Assembly: GCA_964396955.1 (NCBI GenBank)
Contig: CAYNGW010000001.1
Span: 1-45,085 of the forward strand
Length of the DNA stretch: 45,085 nucleotides
Origin: an uncultured Rikenellaceae bacterium
GTDB taxonomy: Bacteria; Bacteroidota; Bacteroidia; Bacteroidales; VadinHA17
Direction of reading: 5' to 3'
This document shows, piece after piece, positions 26,734 through 37,123 of the stretch. Under the pieces are notes generated by a model. It was not told the origin of the DNA. It did not search any database and was given only the letters and a program-made list of their open reading frames with translations. Made by a program: the position numbers and the translations under genes. Positions within the stretch are counted from its first letter, which is position 1. Every line of letters begins with the position of its first letter.

Positions 26734-28668
26734 ATGGAAAGGACGGATATCAGGCGGCTCTCTCTTGCCGGTACATTAATAACCCTTGGAATAGTATTTG
26801 GTGATCTTGGCACCAGCCCGCTCTATACAATGAGAGCGATCATCACCGGTGGTGCTGAGAACTTGAATGAGCTGCTCATTTACGGAAGTATCTCGTGCAT
26901 TTTATGGACACTCACTATTCTGACCACAATAAAATATATACTCATTGCATTAAGGGCTGATAACAATGGTGAAGGAGGAATTTTTGCACTTATTGCACTG
27001 ATAAAGGATAAATCACAATGGGTTGCAATACTTGCAATGATTGGAGGTGCAGCTCTGATTGCAGACGGAGTGATTACACCAGCGATCTCTGTTACAGCTT
27101 CGGTTGAGGGATTGAAGTTCTATAATCCTGATATTCCGGTAATTCCGATTGTGCTTATAATTCTGGCGGCTCTCTTTATTATTCAGCAATTCGGGATTAA
27201 TATTATCGGCAGTGCCTTCGGACCAGTGATGGTTATATGGTTGTCAATGCTTGCTGTGCTCGGGATTTCACGGTTAATTCAGTATCCCGACATCCTGCGT
27301 GCCATCAGTCCTGTTTATGCATACCATTTTCTTGCCGAATATCCAGGAGGTTTTATTTTACTGGGTGCCGTATTCCTTTGTACGACCGGAGCAGAAGCAC
27401 TCTACGCTGATCTTGGACGTTGTGGCAGGACAAACATCCGTTTTTCCTGGACCTTTGTCAAGACAGCTCTTCTCCTTAATTACTTCGGACAGGGAGCCTG
27501 GCTGATGATGAATATTGAGCAGGACACCTTTGTAAATCCGTTCTTTGAGATGATGCCTCAATGGTTTTTAATCCCCGGGATAATTCTGTCTATAGCAGCC
27601 GCGATCATTGCAAGCCAGGCAATAATAACAGGATCTTTTACACTAATAAGTGAGGCGATGTCTCTTAATTTCTGGCCAAGGATACGAGTCCTGCATCCTA
27701 CTTATGTAAGAGGGCAAGTTTATCTGCCTTTTATAAACTGGTTTCTCTGGATCACATGCAGCCTCACCGTCATCTTCTTCAGGGAATCGTCAAATATGAC
27801 TGCTGCATACGGCTTGTCAATAAACATTGCCGAGATTATGACAACTCTCCTTCTTTCATATTTTCTGATAAAGAAGGGGATTAATCACAGGCTGGTTCTT
27901 GGACTTTTCATGTTATTTCTCACAGTTGAAGGAAGCTTCCTGATTGCCAATCTTGATAAATTCAAATCGGGAGGATGGTTTACACTTTTGATGGCATCGA
28001 TATATTTCCTGGTTATGTTTGGATGGTATTTCGGAAGGAAAATAAAGAACAGGTATATTACATTTGCTGATCTTGGCAATTATCTGAGTATTTTCAAAGA
28101 CCTGAGCAAGGATGAATCAGTTCCGAAGTATGCAACCAATCTTGTCTATGTGATCCGCGCAAACAGGCATGATCAGGTCGAATCAAAAGTTATATATTCC
28201 ATATTTCATAAACAGCCCAAAAGAGCTGATACTTACTGGTTTCTTCATATTGACAGGGTAAATGAGCCGAACAGGTTTAATTACGATGTCACTCATATTA
28301 TACCCGGAACACTGATAAGGATTGATTTCTACATTGGATTCAAAATCTCACTAAAGATAAATCTCTATTTCAAGGAGGTACTTGAGGATCTTGTCAAATC
28401 GGGTGAAATAAATCTTGAAAGCTATTACGATTCGATGAGAAAACATGATATCAGAGGTGATTTCAAATTCATACTGATTGACCGGATAATGTCGCGGGAT
28501 TTTTCACTGTCAACATGGGAAAATTTCATATTGACACTTCATAATATCGTGCGCAGGATTGCTATTCTGGATATCAAAGCGCTTAATCTTGACTCCACCA
28601 ATACAATTGTCGAACAGGTGCCTATTATTATCGACAAACCCCTGGCGAAAAGAATTGAAAGGATTTAA
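26734..28668 (+). CDS. kup: KUP/HAK/KT family potassium transporter
   Basis: N-terminal LGIVFGDLGTSPLYTM, GEGGIFAL and TGAEALYADLG motifs. 12 TM helices plus a ~200-aa cytoplasmic C-terminal domain. The start is set at ATG 26734 because the ORF-track start is a TTG. Confidence 0.93.
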   Translation: MERTDIRRLSLAGTLITLGIVFGDLGTSPLYTMRAIITGGAENLNELLIYGSISCILWTLTILTTIKYILIALRADNNGEGGIFALIALIKDKSQWVAILAMIGGAALIADGVITPAISVTASVEGLKFYNPDIPVIPIVLIILAALFIIQQFGINIIGSAFGPVMVIWLSMLAVLGISRLIQYPDILRAISPVYAYHFLAEYPGGFILLGAVFLCTTGAEALYADLGRCGRTNIRFSWTFVKTALLLNYFGQGAWLMMNIEQDTFVNPFFEMMPQWFLIPGIILSIAAAIIASQAIITGSFTLISEAMSLNFWPRIRVLHPTYVRGQVYLPFINWFLWITCSLTVIFFRESSNMTAAYGLSINIAEIMTTLLLSYFLIKKGINHRLVLGLFMLFLTVEGSFLIANLDKFKSGGWFTLLMASIYFLVMFGWYFGRKIKNRYITFADLGNYLSIFKDLSKDESVPKYATNLVYVIRANRHDQVESKVIYSIFHKQPKRADTYWFLHIDRVNEPNRFNYDVTHIIPGTLIRIDFYIGFKISLKINLYFKEVLEDLVKSGEINLESYYDSMRKHDIRGDFKFILIDRIMSRDFSLSTWENFILTLHNIVRRIAILDIKALNLDSTNTIVEQVPIIIDKPLAKRIERI

Positions 28669-30119
28669 TTTTTGTTACTGCCCTGACTTCTTTTGAGTAT
28701 ATTATATGCACAGAGGTAGCCGCCAAAAATCACCCCTGAAAAACCACCTCCTGTTCTTCCCCATGCAGATGCAAAGTGCAAATTATCAATTGCTTTAAAG
28801 GAATCAAAGACTTTCCTGGATGGAGTTTGTGCAAAACCGTAAACAGCACCGCCCGGATTGAGCGTATAACGTTTTATGGTAGATGGTGTACCTGCTTCAG
28901 AGTACTCAATAACGCTTTTAATACCGGGGATCAGTTTTTCAAGTCTTTCAATGAAGCACGAAACCGCCCGCTCTTTTCTGGCCTTATACTCCTTTCTTTC
29001 CAAAGCTTCCCACTCTTTCAGATAATCAACGCAGCAGACACCACCGACACTTTTTCCTTCGGGAGCAAGACCTGAGTTAATCTGTCCGTAATCAACAAAA
29101 ATAAAGTTACGTTTCGAAAAATCATCATTATTATTTTTGAAGATATCTGCCATTGATTTTACCGAATTATCAAAAACTGCTGTTGAATAATAATTATGTC
29201 CCAGATCTTTAAGGATTTTGCTGAATCCCAGATAAATTGTCAGCAAAGATGCTCCGGGTCTCAGATCACTTGTCTCTCCTTTCAGTTCTGAACCCTTTTC
29301 CGCGGGAAGGAGTTCTGCAACACCGGGAACAGAATTATTTGCTATGATATCATCAGCCATAGCTTCAATAAATGAAGAATCCGGTTCACTTTTCTTCCTG
29401 AAAGATATTCCGGTTGCTTTATTGTCATGGATCATGATCCCGGTAACAATATGATTAAGAAGAACCTCTCCGCCGTGGCTTTTAATATAACCGGCGAGAT
29501 AATCTGACAATTTTTGAGACCCCCCCCGGATATAGCTAGCAGTGCCAGTATAATAACTCGACTGTGCGGCTGAATAATATGCCAGGGAAAGTGAATAGGG
29601 ATTATCATGGAAATAACCGAGATTTCCCAGGAGTATGAGTTTAAGATCATCATTTCTGATAACTGAATCCAGGAACTCTCCGACACTTTTATCCTGTTGT
29701 GGGCTGTCAGCAGATTTCTTTTTTGGATGAAGCATCTGGTCGAAATAGGATTTAATGCCATTGGTTTCATCAGGGAATAATCCTGATAATCTTTCGATTG
29801 CAATCTCAGGTTCATGTGGTACTGTAACGCTGTAACGATCATTAATGAACCTGTAAAACTCAGGTACCCTGATAAATTCGATATTATTAAAAATATCAAG
29901 GTCGGTGAAGATCCTGGTTTTCATGTCACGGGGGGAGGGCCCGTCCATTTCGTGCAATCCGACCTCGAGGATGAAGTCGCCCCGCTTAAATGTAGTTGCA
30001 CAACCTCCGGGCTGGTTATGCTGTTCAATCAAAAGAACCTTTTTCCCTTCCTTTGCAAGCTTGGCTCCTGCGGTTAGTCCGCCCAGACCGGCACCGATAA
30101 TAATTATGTCATATTTCAT
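28665..30119 (-). CDS. NAD(P)/FAD-dependent oxidoreductase, phytoene desaturase (CrtI) family
   Basis: N-terminal dinucleotide fold YDIIIIGAGLGGLTAGAKLAKEGKKVLLIEQHNQPGG. 484 aa. C-terminal ...LHFASAWGRTGGGFSGVIFGG typical of CrtI-like enzymes. The stop codon overlaps the kup stop (TTAA). Confidence 0.8.
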   Translation of the reverse strand: MKYDIIIIGAGLGGLTAGAKLAKEGKKVLLIEQHNQPGGCATTFKRGDFILEVGLHEMDGPSPRDMKTRIFTDLDIFNNIEFIRVPEFYRFINDRYSVTVPHEPEIAIERLSGLFPDETNGIKSYFDQMLHPKKKSADSPQQDKSVGEFLDSVIRNDDLKLILLGNLGYFHDNPYSLSLAYYSAAQSSYYTGTASYIRGGSQKLSDYLAGYIKSHGGEVLLNHIVTGIMIHDNKATGISFRKKSEPDSSFIEAMADDIIANNSVPGVAELLPAEKGSELKGETSDLRPGASLLTIYLGFSKILKDLGHNYYSTAVFDNSVKSMADIFKNNNDDFSKRNFIFVDYGQINSGLAPEGKSVGGVCCVDYLKEWEALERKEYKARKERAVSCFIERLEKLIPGIKSVIEYSEAGTPSTIKRYTLNPGGAVYGFAQTPSRKVFDSFKAIDNLHFASAWGRTGGGFSGVIFGGYLCAYNILKRSQGSNKN

Positions 30120-30133
30120 GGAACAACAGCTTG

Positions 30134-31306
30134 CTAATCCTTTATGTCCGGTATTGGATATCTCTTGAATTCCTTTGTCCTGTCAAACAGGTATCTGTAT
30201 GTGATATAGTTTTTAACAGGCACACTACCAACCGAAATGAATATCTTTCTCATCTTGGGGTTGAAATCCCCAACCCATGAGAACTCAATCTCGGTATAAT
30301 GCGGTTTTTTCCTGAAGACTTCGACCAGGTTAAGAATGAATGCCGATTCAATACCCAGCTTCTGGTATTGCGGAATAACCCCCATCAGCATACCCCTGGC
30401 CCGGGTCATTGTCTTCCTTTTCTTCAGCCAGAGGAATTTCAGCATATTAATGAGATGAAGCTTCCCGTTGAGATGTTTAGCGATCTGGTTGAGATCGGGG
30501 AACATGAGATAAATTGCTATTGGTTTCCCTTCAAAATATGCCAGCCATATAAATTCTTCTTCCAGGATGGGTTTTGCTTTTTTCAAAGTCAATCTGATAT
30601 ATTGAGGTTCCAGGGGTTCAAAATTTGTCTTGAAAGATGCCCAGGCCTCATTGAATACTTCAGCAAAGTCCAGTGTAAGCTTCTTTTCTTCCTTCCAGGT
30701 AAAATGTCTGAATTCATAACCCGGCTTATTAGCCACCCATTCCGCAATCTTAGCGATCCTCTCAGGTAATGGTTTTGTGATATCGAGATGAAAGCCTTCC
30801 ATTTTGTAATATACCTGGAAACCATAGGATTCAAACAGGTTCTGGTAATAGGGATGATTATATGCAATATCAAACGAAGGGTGAGTAAAGCCATTTATCA
30901 GCAATCCCCAGTATTTATCTGTCTCTCCGAAGTTTATGGGTCCGTCCATTGCTTCCATGCCTTTTTCTTTCAGCCATTCTTTAGCAGTATCAAACAGGCG
31001 GAATGCAGCTTCTTTATTGTCAATACATTCAAAGAAACCCATCCCGCCTGTCGACTGGTCGTATGAATCAGCCAGATTAAAATCAACAAAGGCTGCTATC
31101 CTGCCGATAAGCTTATTCCAGTCATCTTTCAGTACCCATCTTTCCACAACCCCATGTTTGTGATAAGGATTTTTCCCTGGATCAAAAACAGTTTTGATGT
31201 CATTATCAAGCGGGCAAACCCAGGTTTTGTCATTCTTATAAATGATCCGGGCTGTGTCAAGAAACATTTTCTCTGTTTTCCGGTCGCTGACTTTTATTAG
31301 ATTCAT
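30134..31306 (-). CDS. conserved hypothetical protein, probable GNAT-fold acyltransferase
   Basis: 390 aa. The C-terminal half has a GNAT motif-A-like stretch (MGVIPQYQKLGIESAF). The N-terminal half may be a second degenerate GNAT lobe. This is a weak assignment by eye. Confidence 0.4.
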   Translation of the reverse strand: MNLIKVSDRKTEKMFLDTARIIYKNDKTWVCPLDNDIKTVFDPGKNPYHKHGVVERWVLKDDWNKLIGRIAAFVDFNLADSYDQSTGGMGFFECIDNKEAAFRLFDTAKEWLKEKGMEAMDGPINFGETDKYWGLLINGFTHPSFDIAYNHPYYQNLFESYGFQVYYKMEGFHLDITKPLPERIAKIAEWVANKPGYEFRHFTWKEEKKLTLDFAEVFNEAWASFKTNFEPLEPQYIRLTLKKAKPILEEEFIWLAYFEGKPIAIYLMFPDLNQIAKHLNGKLHLINMLKFLWLKKRKTMTRARGMLMGVIPQYQKLGIESAFILNLVEVFRKKPHYTEIEFSWVGDFNPKMRKIFISVGSVPVKNYITYRYLFDRTKEFKRYPIPDIKD

Positions 31307-31324
31307 TTGAGGCGGGTCATTGAA

Positions 31325-33097
31325 TTATTTCATGTAGATCTGTTCGATGATTGTCCTGTATTTCTCATGGATGAATTGCCGTTTCAGTTTTAGTGTAGGG
31401 GACAATTCACCTGTTGCAGGTGTCCATTCATCGTGGACCAGCCTGAATCTGGTTATTTTTTCCGGAGGGCTCAGCTTCTTGTTGAGCTTCTCAACTTCTG
31501 AAGAGAAAAAGAACTGAACTTCAGCCTGTTGTATAAGTTCTTCATTATTTGAGAATGGGATTTTATTAGAAGCCTTCCAGTCATCAAAATATTTGAAATT
31601 TGGCGAGATGAGTGCGCTTGCAAATTTTTCATGTTCACCCAAAACCATTATCTGGTCAATAACCGGAGATTCTTTAAATATGTTCTCAATTATCTGGGGT
31701 GCGATGAATTTCCCGTTTGAAAGCTTGAAGATCTCTTTTTTCCTGTCGGTTACCATAAGAAATTTACCCTCCTCAATATGCCCGATATCCCCCGTATGGA
31801 ACCAGCCCTCATTGTCAAAAGCCGACTTTGTGAGTTCAGGATCCTTATAATAGCCTGGCGTGACATTGGGGCCCTTGCAGAGTATCTCTCCGTCTTCGGC
31901 TATTTTCACCTCAACGCCCTCGATTGTAATTCCCACCGAGCCAAGCTTCACCTTTCCTTTTTCGGTTCTGTTAATTGTAATTATTGGCGAAGTCTCGGTT
32001 AGGCCATACATATTAATTATTTTAATGCCAGCTGCCCAGAATATTCTTTCGAGCCTTGACTGAAGGCTGGCACCTCCGCATCCGACAATTCTGACCTTGC
32101 CGCCTAATGCATCGCGCCATTTGCTGAATACCAGCTTATCAGCTATTTTCAGTTTTCTTTCATAAAACCAGCCGTTTTCTCCGAATGGCTGATATTTCAG
32201 TCCGAGATTAACAGCCCAGAAGAAGATCTTATTCTTCATTCCAGTCAGCTTATTGCCTTTTGATATTATGACGCTGTAAAATTTTTCAAGCACTCTGGGA
32301 ACTGCATCAAAACCATCCGCTTTGATCTCTCCGAGATTTGCGGCTATTGTTCCCATATTTTCTGCATAATAAATGCCGGCCCCGCTGTACTGGGTCTGGT
32401 AGTTTCCCAGTCTTCCTCCGACATGGCACAGAGGAAGGATGCTAAGGTATTTATCTTCCGGCTTCAGTTTGAAAACATCTGCGGCTGACAGGAAGTTGCT
32501 TACCATATTTCTGTGGGTAAGCATTACGCCTTTTGCCTTCCCGGTCGTACCTGAGGTATAAATCAGAGAGGCAAAATCATCGGGCTTGATGGAGTTTTTT
32601 ATTGATTTGACTGTCTCTTTATGTTTCTCTCCATTGACCTTACCGGTCTCGATAATCTCTTTCCAGTTTTTCACTCCTTCAATTTCATCAAAGGAATAGA
32701 CCGCAACAGCCTGGCCGGAAGCTTCTATTGCAGGGCTTACAACTTTTAATAATTTCTTGTCGGAAACAAGGATGATCTTTGCCTCGCTGTGGTTGATAAT
32801 GTATTGATAATCAGCAGTACCGAGGGATGTAAAAACAGGGACATGAATAATACCGATCATTGCCATTCCCAGATCAACAAAATTCCATTCGGGCCGGTTA
32901 TTTGTTACGGTAATTATTTTATCACCCTTTTTCAGCCCCAGTTCAAGAAGTCCGTAACTGAAATTATAGGAGTGGTCAATATACTCCCGGGAGCTGTACT
33001 TCACCCATTCACCGTTCTCTTTTGCACACAGGGCATCCTCTTTTTTAAATAGTTGGCAGTACCTGTCAAGCAGATCAAAAGTTCTTTCTACGTTCAT
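31325..33097 (-). CDS. long-chain fatty acid--CoA ligase (AMP-forming adenylating enzyme)
   Basis: AMP-binding motif LIYTSGTTGKAKGVMLTH, YGLTETSP, and GWFHTGDIG...DRKKEIFKLSNGKFIAP. Confidence 0.88.
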   Translation of the reverse strand: MNVERTFDLLDRYCQLFKKEDALCAKENGEWVKYSSREYIDHSYNFSYGLLELGLKKGDKIITVTNNRPEWNFVDLGMAMIGIIHVPVFTSLGTADYQYIINHSEAKIILVSDKKLLKVVSPAIEASGQAVAVYSFDEIEGVKNWKEIIETGKVNGEKHKETVKSIKNSIKPDDFASLIYTSGTTGKAKGVMLTHRNMVSNFLSAADVFKLKPEDKYLSILPLCHVGGRLGNYQTQYSGAGIYYAENMGTIAANLGEIKADGFDAVPRVLEKFYSVIISKGNKLTGMKNKIFFWAVNLGLKYQPFGENGWFYERKLKIADKLVFSKWRDALGGKVRIVGCGGASLQSRLERIFWAAGIKIINMYGLTETSPIITINRTEKGKVKLGSVGITIEGVEVKIAEDGEILCKGPNVTPGYYKDPELTKSAFDNEGWFHTGDIGHIEEGKFLMVTDRKKEIFKLSNGKFIAPQIIENIFKESPVIDQIMVLGEHEKFASALISPNFKYFDDWKASNKIPFSNNEELIQQAEVQFFFSSEVEKLNKKLSPPEKITRFRLVHDEWTPATGELSPTLKLKRQFIHEKYRTIIEQIYMK

Positions 33098-33277
33098 TGT
33101 ATTACGTTTTAATTAATACTGATAAGAAATATACAGCAGGCGTTCCTGACCTGATAATAAATGCAATATAAATGTACTCCACAAAAAAATATTTCTATTA
33201 AGTATAAAGACTTATAATAACCAGACAAACATTCCAGCTTTTGCTTTTACTGTAATTGCACAGGTGTCCGGAAATAT

Positions 33278-33285
33278 TAATTTTG
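33278..33285 (+). promoter_or_regulatory. -7 promoter box TAATTTTG (with a TTG at 33256-33258) for cstA
   Basis: Exact TAnnTTTG match 33 nt upstream of the cstA ATG. A TTG lies 19 nt upstream, as expected for the -33 element. Confidence 0.5.
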
Positions 33286-33318
33286 TCATATTAACAGAAC
33301 CGGAATAAAAGATCATTT

Positions 33319-35121
33319 ATGAATGCAATGCCATTTGTGATTGGGACCATTGTCATTTTTGCATTAGCTTACCGGCTCTACTTCAGCTTTGTTGCTGCAA
33401 AAGTTGCTGTCAGGAATGATCTGGCACAGACACCCGCCTACAGGTTGTACGACGGGCAGAATTATTATCCCATCAGCAAATGGGTGCTGTTCGGACATCA
33501 TTTTGCAGCAATAGCAGGTGCAGGTCCTCTTGTAGGTCCGGTTCTTGCTGCCCAGTTCGGATTTATGCCCGGATTTCTGTGGATGCTTATCGGGGCTGTG
33601 ATGGCTGGAGCCGTTCACGATTTTATTATACTTACGGCATCGGTCCAGCATGACGGGAAATCGCTCGCAGAAATAGCAAAAACCGAGATTAATAAGGTAA
33701 GCGGCATTACGACGACATTTGCGATTCTGCTGATAATAGTAATTGCACTTGCAGGACTGGGTCTTGTTATGGTTAATGCACTTGCAGAAAGCCCGTGGGG
33801 GACGTTCACAATTGCCTCAACGATCCCGATAGCCATAATCATGGGAATATGGATGTTCAAAATACGGAAAGGCAAAACCGTTGAAGCAACGGTCTTTGGT
33901 GTGATAATGCTTATACTGGCTGTTGTTCTTGGCCGTTATGTGCCCGGATCTGAATATGCTTCATGGTTCACCTTCAACCAAAAGACCTTTACAATCCTGA
34001 TCGCAGTGTATGGATTTCTGGCATCAGTTCTCCCGGTATGGCTTCTTCTTTCACCCCGCGACTACCTGAGCTCAATCATGAAGATATCGGTTATCGCACT
34101 TCTTGCCGTAGGACTGATTATTGTCGCACCGGAAATAAAAATGCCGGCATTCACTGAATTCGGAAAAGGAGGAGGACCGATTATCCCGGGCAAGCTGTTC
34201 CCGTACCTGTTCATTACCATAGCCTGCGGTGCAATTTCAGGTTTTCATTCACTTGTCAGTTCGGGAACAACGCCCAAGATGATTATGAAAGAGGCTCATA
34301 TTAAGCCTATTGCAGTGGGTGCAATGCTCACAGAGGGTGCAATAAGCATTATGGCGCTGATAGCAGCAACCAGCCTTCTCCCGCTTGATTATTTCCAGAT
34401 AAATGTGCCTGTTGAAAAGCTGCAGGCAATACTGCCCAGGCTGCATGAGATGGGTTTTACGGAGTCAAACCTTGATCAGCTCTCTGCAAGTGTGGGCGAA
34501 AAAATTGCCGGACGTACAGGAGGCGCAGTATCACTGGGTGTAGGAATGGCATATATCTTCTCCTCGATCCCGGGGATGAAGCACCTGATGTCATACTGGT
34601 ACCATTTTGCCATAATGTTTGAGGCTTTGTTTATTCTTACAACAATTGATGCAGGAACGAGGATCGGAAGGTTTTTACTGCAGGAGGCAATGGGGAAAGT
34701 CTATAAGCCATTCCGCAGAACTGACTGGCTTCCCGGTAACCTGATCGCAAGCGGTCTGATAGTTTTTGCCTGGGCTTATTTTATTTATACGGGAACTGTG
34801 GCAACAATATGGCCGATGTTCGGCGCTGCAAATCAACTGCTTGCAACTATCGCACTGGCAATCGGCACATCATTTATAATCAACCGGGGCCGGGTAAAAT
34901 ATGCGTGGGTTACCATATTACCGATGACATTTGTCGGCATAACAACCATGACAGCAGCGATCCTGAACATAATGAATATCTATATCCCGCAGATAAGCGA
35001 TTCAGCTACTATGGTTCCAGGACTGATAAACCTGATACTGACAGCATGTATTATTGTTTCAGTAATTATAATCTTTATAAATGCTGTTCCCAGGTGGGTG
35101 AAGCCGAAAAACCTGACTTAG
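33319..35121 (+). CDS. cstA: carbon starvation protein A (peptide/pyruvate transporter family)
   Basis: 600 aa with about 16 TM helices. Contains [22 protein letters not shown] and [18 protein letters not shown]. Confidence 0.9.
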   Translation: MNAMPFVIGTIVIFALAYRLYFSFVAAKVAVRNDLAQTPAYRLYDGQNYYPISKWVLFGHHFAAIAGAGPLVGPVLAAQFGFMPGFLWMLIGAVMAGAVHDFIILTASVQHDGKSLAEIAKTEINKVSGITTTFAILLIIVIALAGLGLVMVNALAESPWGTFTIASTIPIAIIMGIWMFKIRKGKTVEATVFGVIMLILAVVLGRYVPGSEYASWFTFNQKTFTILIAVYGFLASVLPVWLLLSPRDYLSSIMKISVIALLAVGLIIVAPEIKMPAFTEFGKGGGPIIPGKLFPYLFITIACGAISGFHSLVSSGTTPKMIMKEAHIKPIAVGAMLTEGAISIMALIAATSLLPLDYFQINVPVEKLQAILPRLHEMGFTESNLDQLSASVGEKIAGRTGGAVSLGVGMAYIFSSIPGMKHLMSYWYHFAIMFEALFILTTIDAGTRIGRFLLQEAMGKVYKPFRRTDWLPGNLIASGLIVFAWAYFIYTGTVATIWPMFGAANQLLATIALAIGTSFIINRGRVKYAWVTILPMTFVGITTMTAAILNIMNIYIPQISDSATMVPGLINLILTACIIVSVIIIFINAVPRWVKPKNLT

Positions 35122-35140
35122 AAAAATAATATAAATTATT

Positions 35141-35941
35141 ATGAACATGAAGGAATCTCTTATAGTATGTATTGTCCTGATATCGTTTTCAGGAATAATT
35201 AAGAGACAGAACAAAATTCACAATACCCTCAACATTCAGGAAGAAGACAATCCTGTTACATTTTGGTGCAGTTGACTGGTTGTCAGACATATACATAAAA
35301 AGCACAAAAGTCGGATCTCACCAGGGAGGTTATGATCCATCAACCAAATGGGGCGACCTCAGGGCTTCAATGGGTCACCCTGAACCCTTTAACCTTAAAT
35401 ATATCGGTGTTGGAAACGAGCAGTGGGAAGAACTCAGGAAGCTTAGTCCGGCGTTAATCGATGAGCATTATTATATGCTCCCCTGCTGGCTCATGTTGAG
35501 GCATGGCAATGGCGCCCGGACCTTATATGGTTTGATAACCTCCGGGTGGCGGGCACACCGAATTACTATGTTCAGAAATTATTTTCTACTCACAGGGGAA
35601 CGCAGGTAATTCCTGCCTTGAAAGAAGAGAAGCCTCTTACCGGATCTGACAGTCTTTATGCCAGCGCCACAATTGACAAAACTAACAAAAAAGCCTGTAT
35701 CAAGCTGGTTAATACCTCAATATCAGTAAAACCTGTAAGGCTGAACCTTGACGGGCTGTCATTCCTGAAAAACGGAGAAATTGAAACGCTTAAAGCGGAT
35801 AATTTATTCGACTTTAATTCAATTGCAGATCCGAAGCTGATATATCCTTCATCCCGACAGGTTTCTGTGTCTTCAAAAAAGGTTAGTGCCAACATTGAAC
35901 CAAGATCGGTAAATGTGATAGTTCTGAATTATAAAAAATAG
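35141..35941 (+). pseudogene. decayed GH51-like alpha-L-arabinofuranosidase remnant
   Basis: Three pieces in different frames. (1) A signal-peptide ORF at 35141-35275. (2) WGDLRASMGHPEPFNLKYIGVGNEQW ... IDEHYY. (3) WQWRPDLIWFDNLRVAGTPNYYVQKLFSTHRGTQV through to a normal C-terminus. About 800 nt remain, against roughly 2 kb expected, so there are frameshifts plus large internal deletions. Confidence 0.75.
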
Positions 35942-35996
35942 GCAGCATTCTTTCAGACCTTCTCTTTCCCCGAAGCATATTTATCAAAATCTTGGT

Positions 35997-36004
35997 TATC
36001 TTTG
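35997..36004 (+). promoter_or_regulatory. -7 promoter box TATCTTTG for dedA
   Basis: Exact TAnnTTTG match 25 nt upstream of the ATG at 36030. Confidence 0.45.
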
Positions 36005-36029
36005 ACGCCTTAAATGAATTTTTGAAATA

Positions 36030-36677
36030 ATGGAGCTATTTCAGACTCTCCTCGACTGGTACATGGCCAATCTGAACTATTTTACGATTGCGCTTCTCAT
36101 GCTTATCGAGAGTACTTTTCTGCCGTTGCCATCGGAGTTAGTTATGCCATTCGCGGCTTACAAAGCTGCACAGGGCGATTTGAATGTATTCATTGTAATT
36201 CTTTCAGGGACTATCGGAGCTCTTAGTGGTTCACTTATCAATTATACCCTTGCTTATTATCTCGGACGTCCGCTGGTATATAAGTTTGCAGAATCAAGAA
36301 TCGGGAGATTGTTTCTGCTATCAAAGGGAAAAGTAGTTCATGCAGAAGAATATTTCATCAGGAACGGGAAATCTTCAACATTTATCGGTCGATTGGTACC
36401 CGGCGTTCGCCATCTTATTTCAATTCCTGCAGGGCTGGCCAGGATGAAGCTCCGTGATTTCATGCTCTATACTTTCATCGGTGCAGGGATATGGAATATA
36501 ATCCTGGTAATTATAGGATACTTCATTTATGATTTAAAGGACAAGATATTTCCATATCTGGATGATATTCTTTATGTCCTGGGAGCCATCTTCGTTATCT
36601 ATCTTATATTCAAAGCCTGGAAGAACAGGAAGAAGAAAAATGATGATTCTTCCAAAGCGAATACTTCCCGGATATAG
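36030..36677 (+). CDS. dedA: DedA family membrane protein
   Basis: ESTFLPLPSELVMPFAAY and FIGRLVPGVRHLISIPAG motifs. 215 aa. Confidence 0.88.
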   Translation: MELFQTLLDWYMANLNYFTIALLMLIESTFLPLPSELVMPFAAYKAAQGDLNVFIVILSGTIGALSGSLINYTLAYYLGRPLVYKFAESRIGRLFLLSKGKVVHAEEYFIRNGKSSTFIGRLVPGVRHLISIPAGLARMKLRDFMLYTFIGAGIWNIILVIIGYFIYDLKDKIFPYLDDILYVLGAIFVIYLIFKAWKNRKKKNDDSSKANTSRI

Positions 36678-36679
36678 AT

Positions 36680-37067
36680 TTAATTCAGCCAGTTCTCGGC
36701 CATCTGTGGCCATGTTTTAGCGGCAAGATTTACAGGTCTTAAACCATATCCGTGTCCGCCGGATGGCATGACAGGCTGTCTGCGGCATCCATCGGAACAT
36801 AAGTCCTTTTGCTGAAAAGGGTACTGGTACTGGCGCTGAGACTACCTCCGGCGGAAAAGCCCATTATGCCAACTTTTTCAGGATCGATATTCCATTTAGG
36901 AGCTTTTTGTCTGACCACTCTCAAAGCCCGTTGTGCATCCTGAAGCGCGCCTTCTTTTTTTTCAGCTCTCCAGGTGCTTTCCCGGGCCAGAGATAGATGA
37001 GCTCTTTCTTTTGCGACATGCAGCTGATGGAAAGAAGCAGCAGAACGATAATAAGTGTTTGTTTCAT
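36680..37067 (-). pseudogene. decayed alpha/beta-hydrolase (carbohydrate esterase-like) remnant
   Basis: Minus-strand pieces in three frames. (1) A lipoprotein signal MKQTLIIVLLLLSISC followed by LIYLWPGKAPGE. (2) LQDAQRALRVVRQKAPKWNIDPEKVGIMGFSAGG (GxSxG nucleophile elbow). (3) The C-terminus GGHGYGLRPVNLAAKTWPQMAENWLN-stop. About 390 nt remain, against roughly 900 nt expected. Confidence 0.65.
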
Positions 37068-37090
37068 TGTATTCTGATTTGTTTCGATGT

Positions 37091-37113
37091 CTCACCCCCT
37101 CGTCTGGGGTGAG
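37091..37113. repeat. GC-rich hairpin CTCACCCC-N7-GGGGTGAG, same arm sequence as the hairpin at 20562-20590
   Basis: Perfect 8-bp arms with a 7-nt loop. It lies between the stop of the small lipoprotein gene (37124) and the esterase remnant. Confidence 0.55.
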
Positions 37114-37123
37114 GTTTATATAA

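Noticed and set aside
35280-35941. ORF-track entries 35280-35609 and 35546-35941 as two separate genes.
   Set aside because: Both are fragments of one GH51-like gene. The conserved WQWRPDLIWFDN block is readable only in a third frame bridging them. They are called together as a pseudogene.
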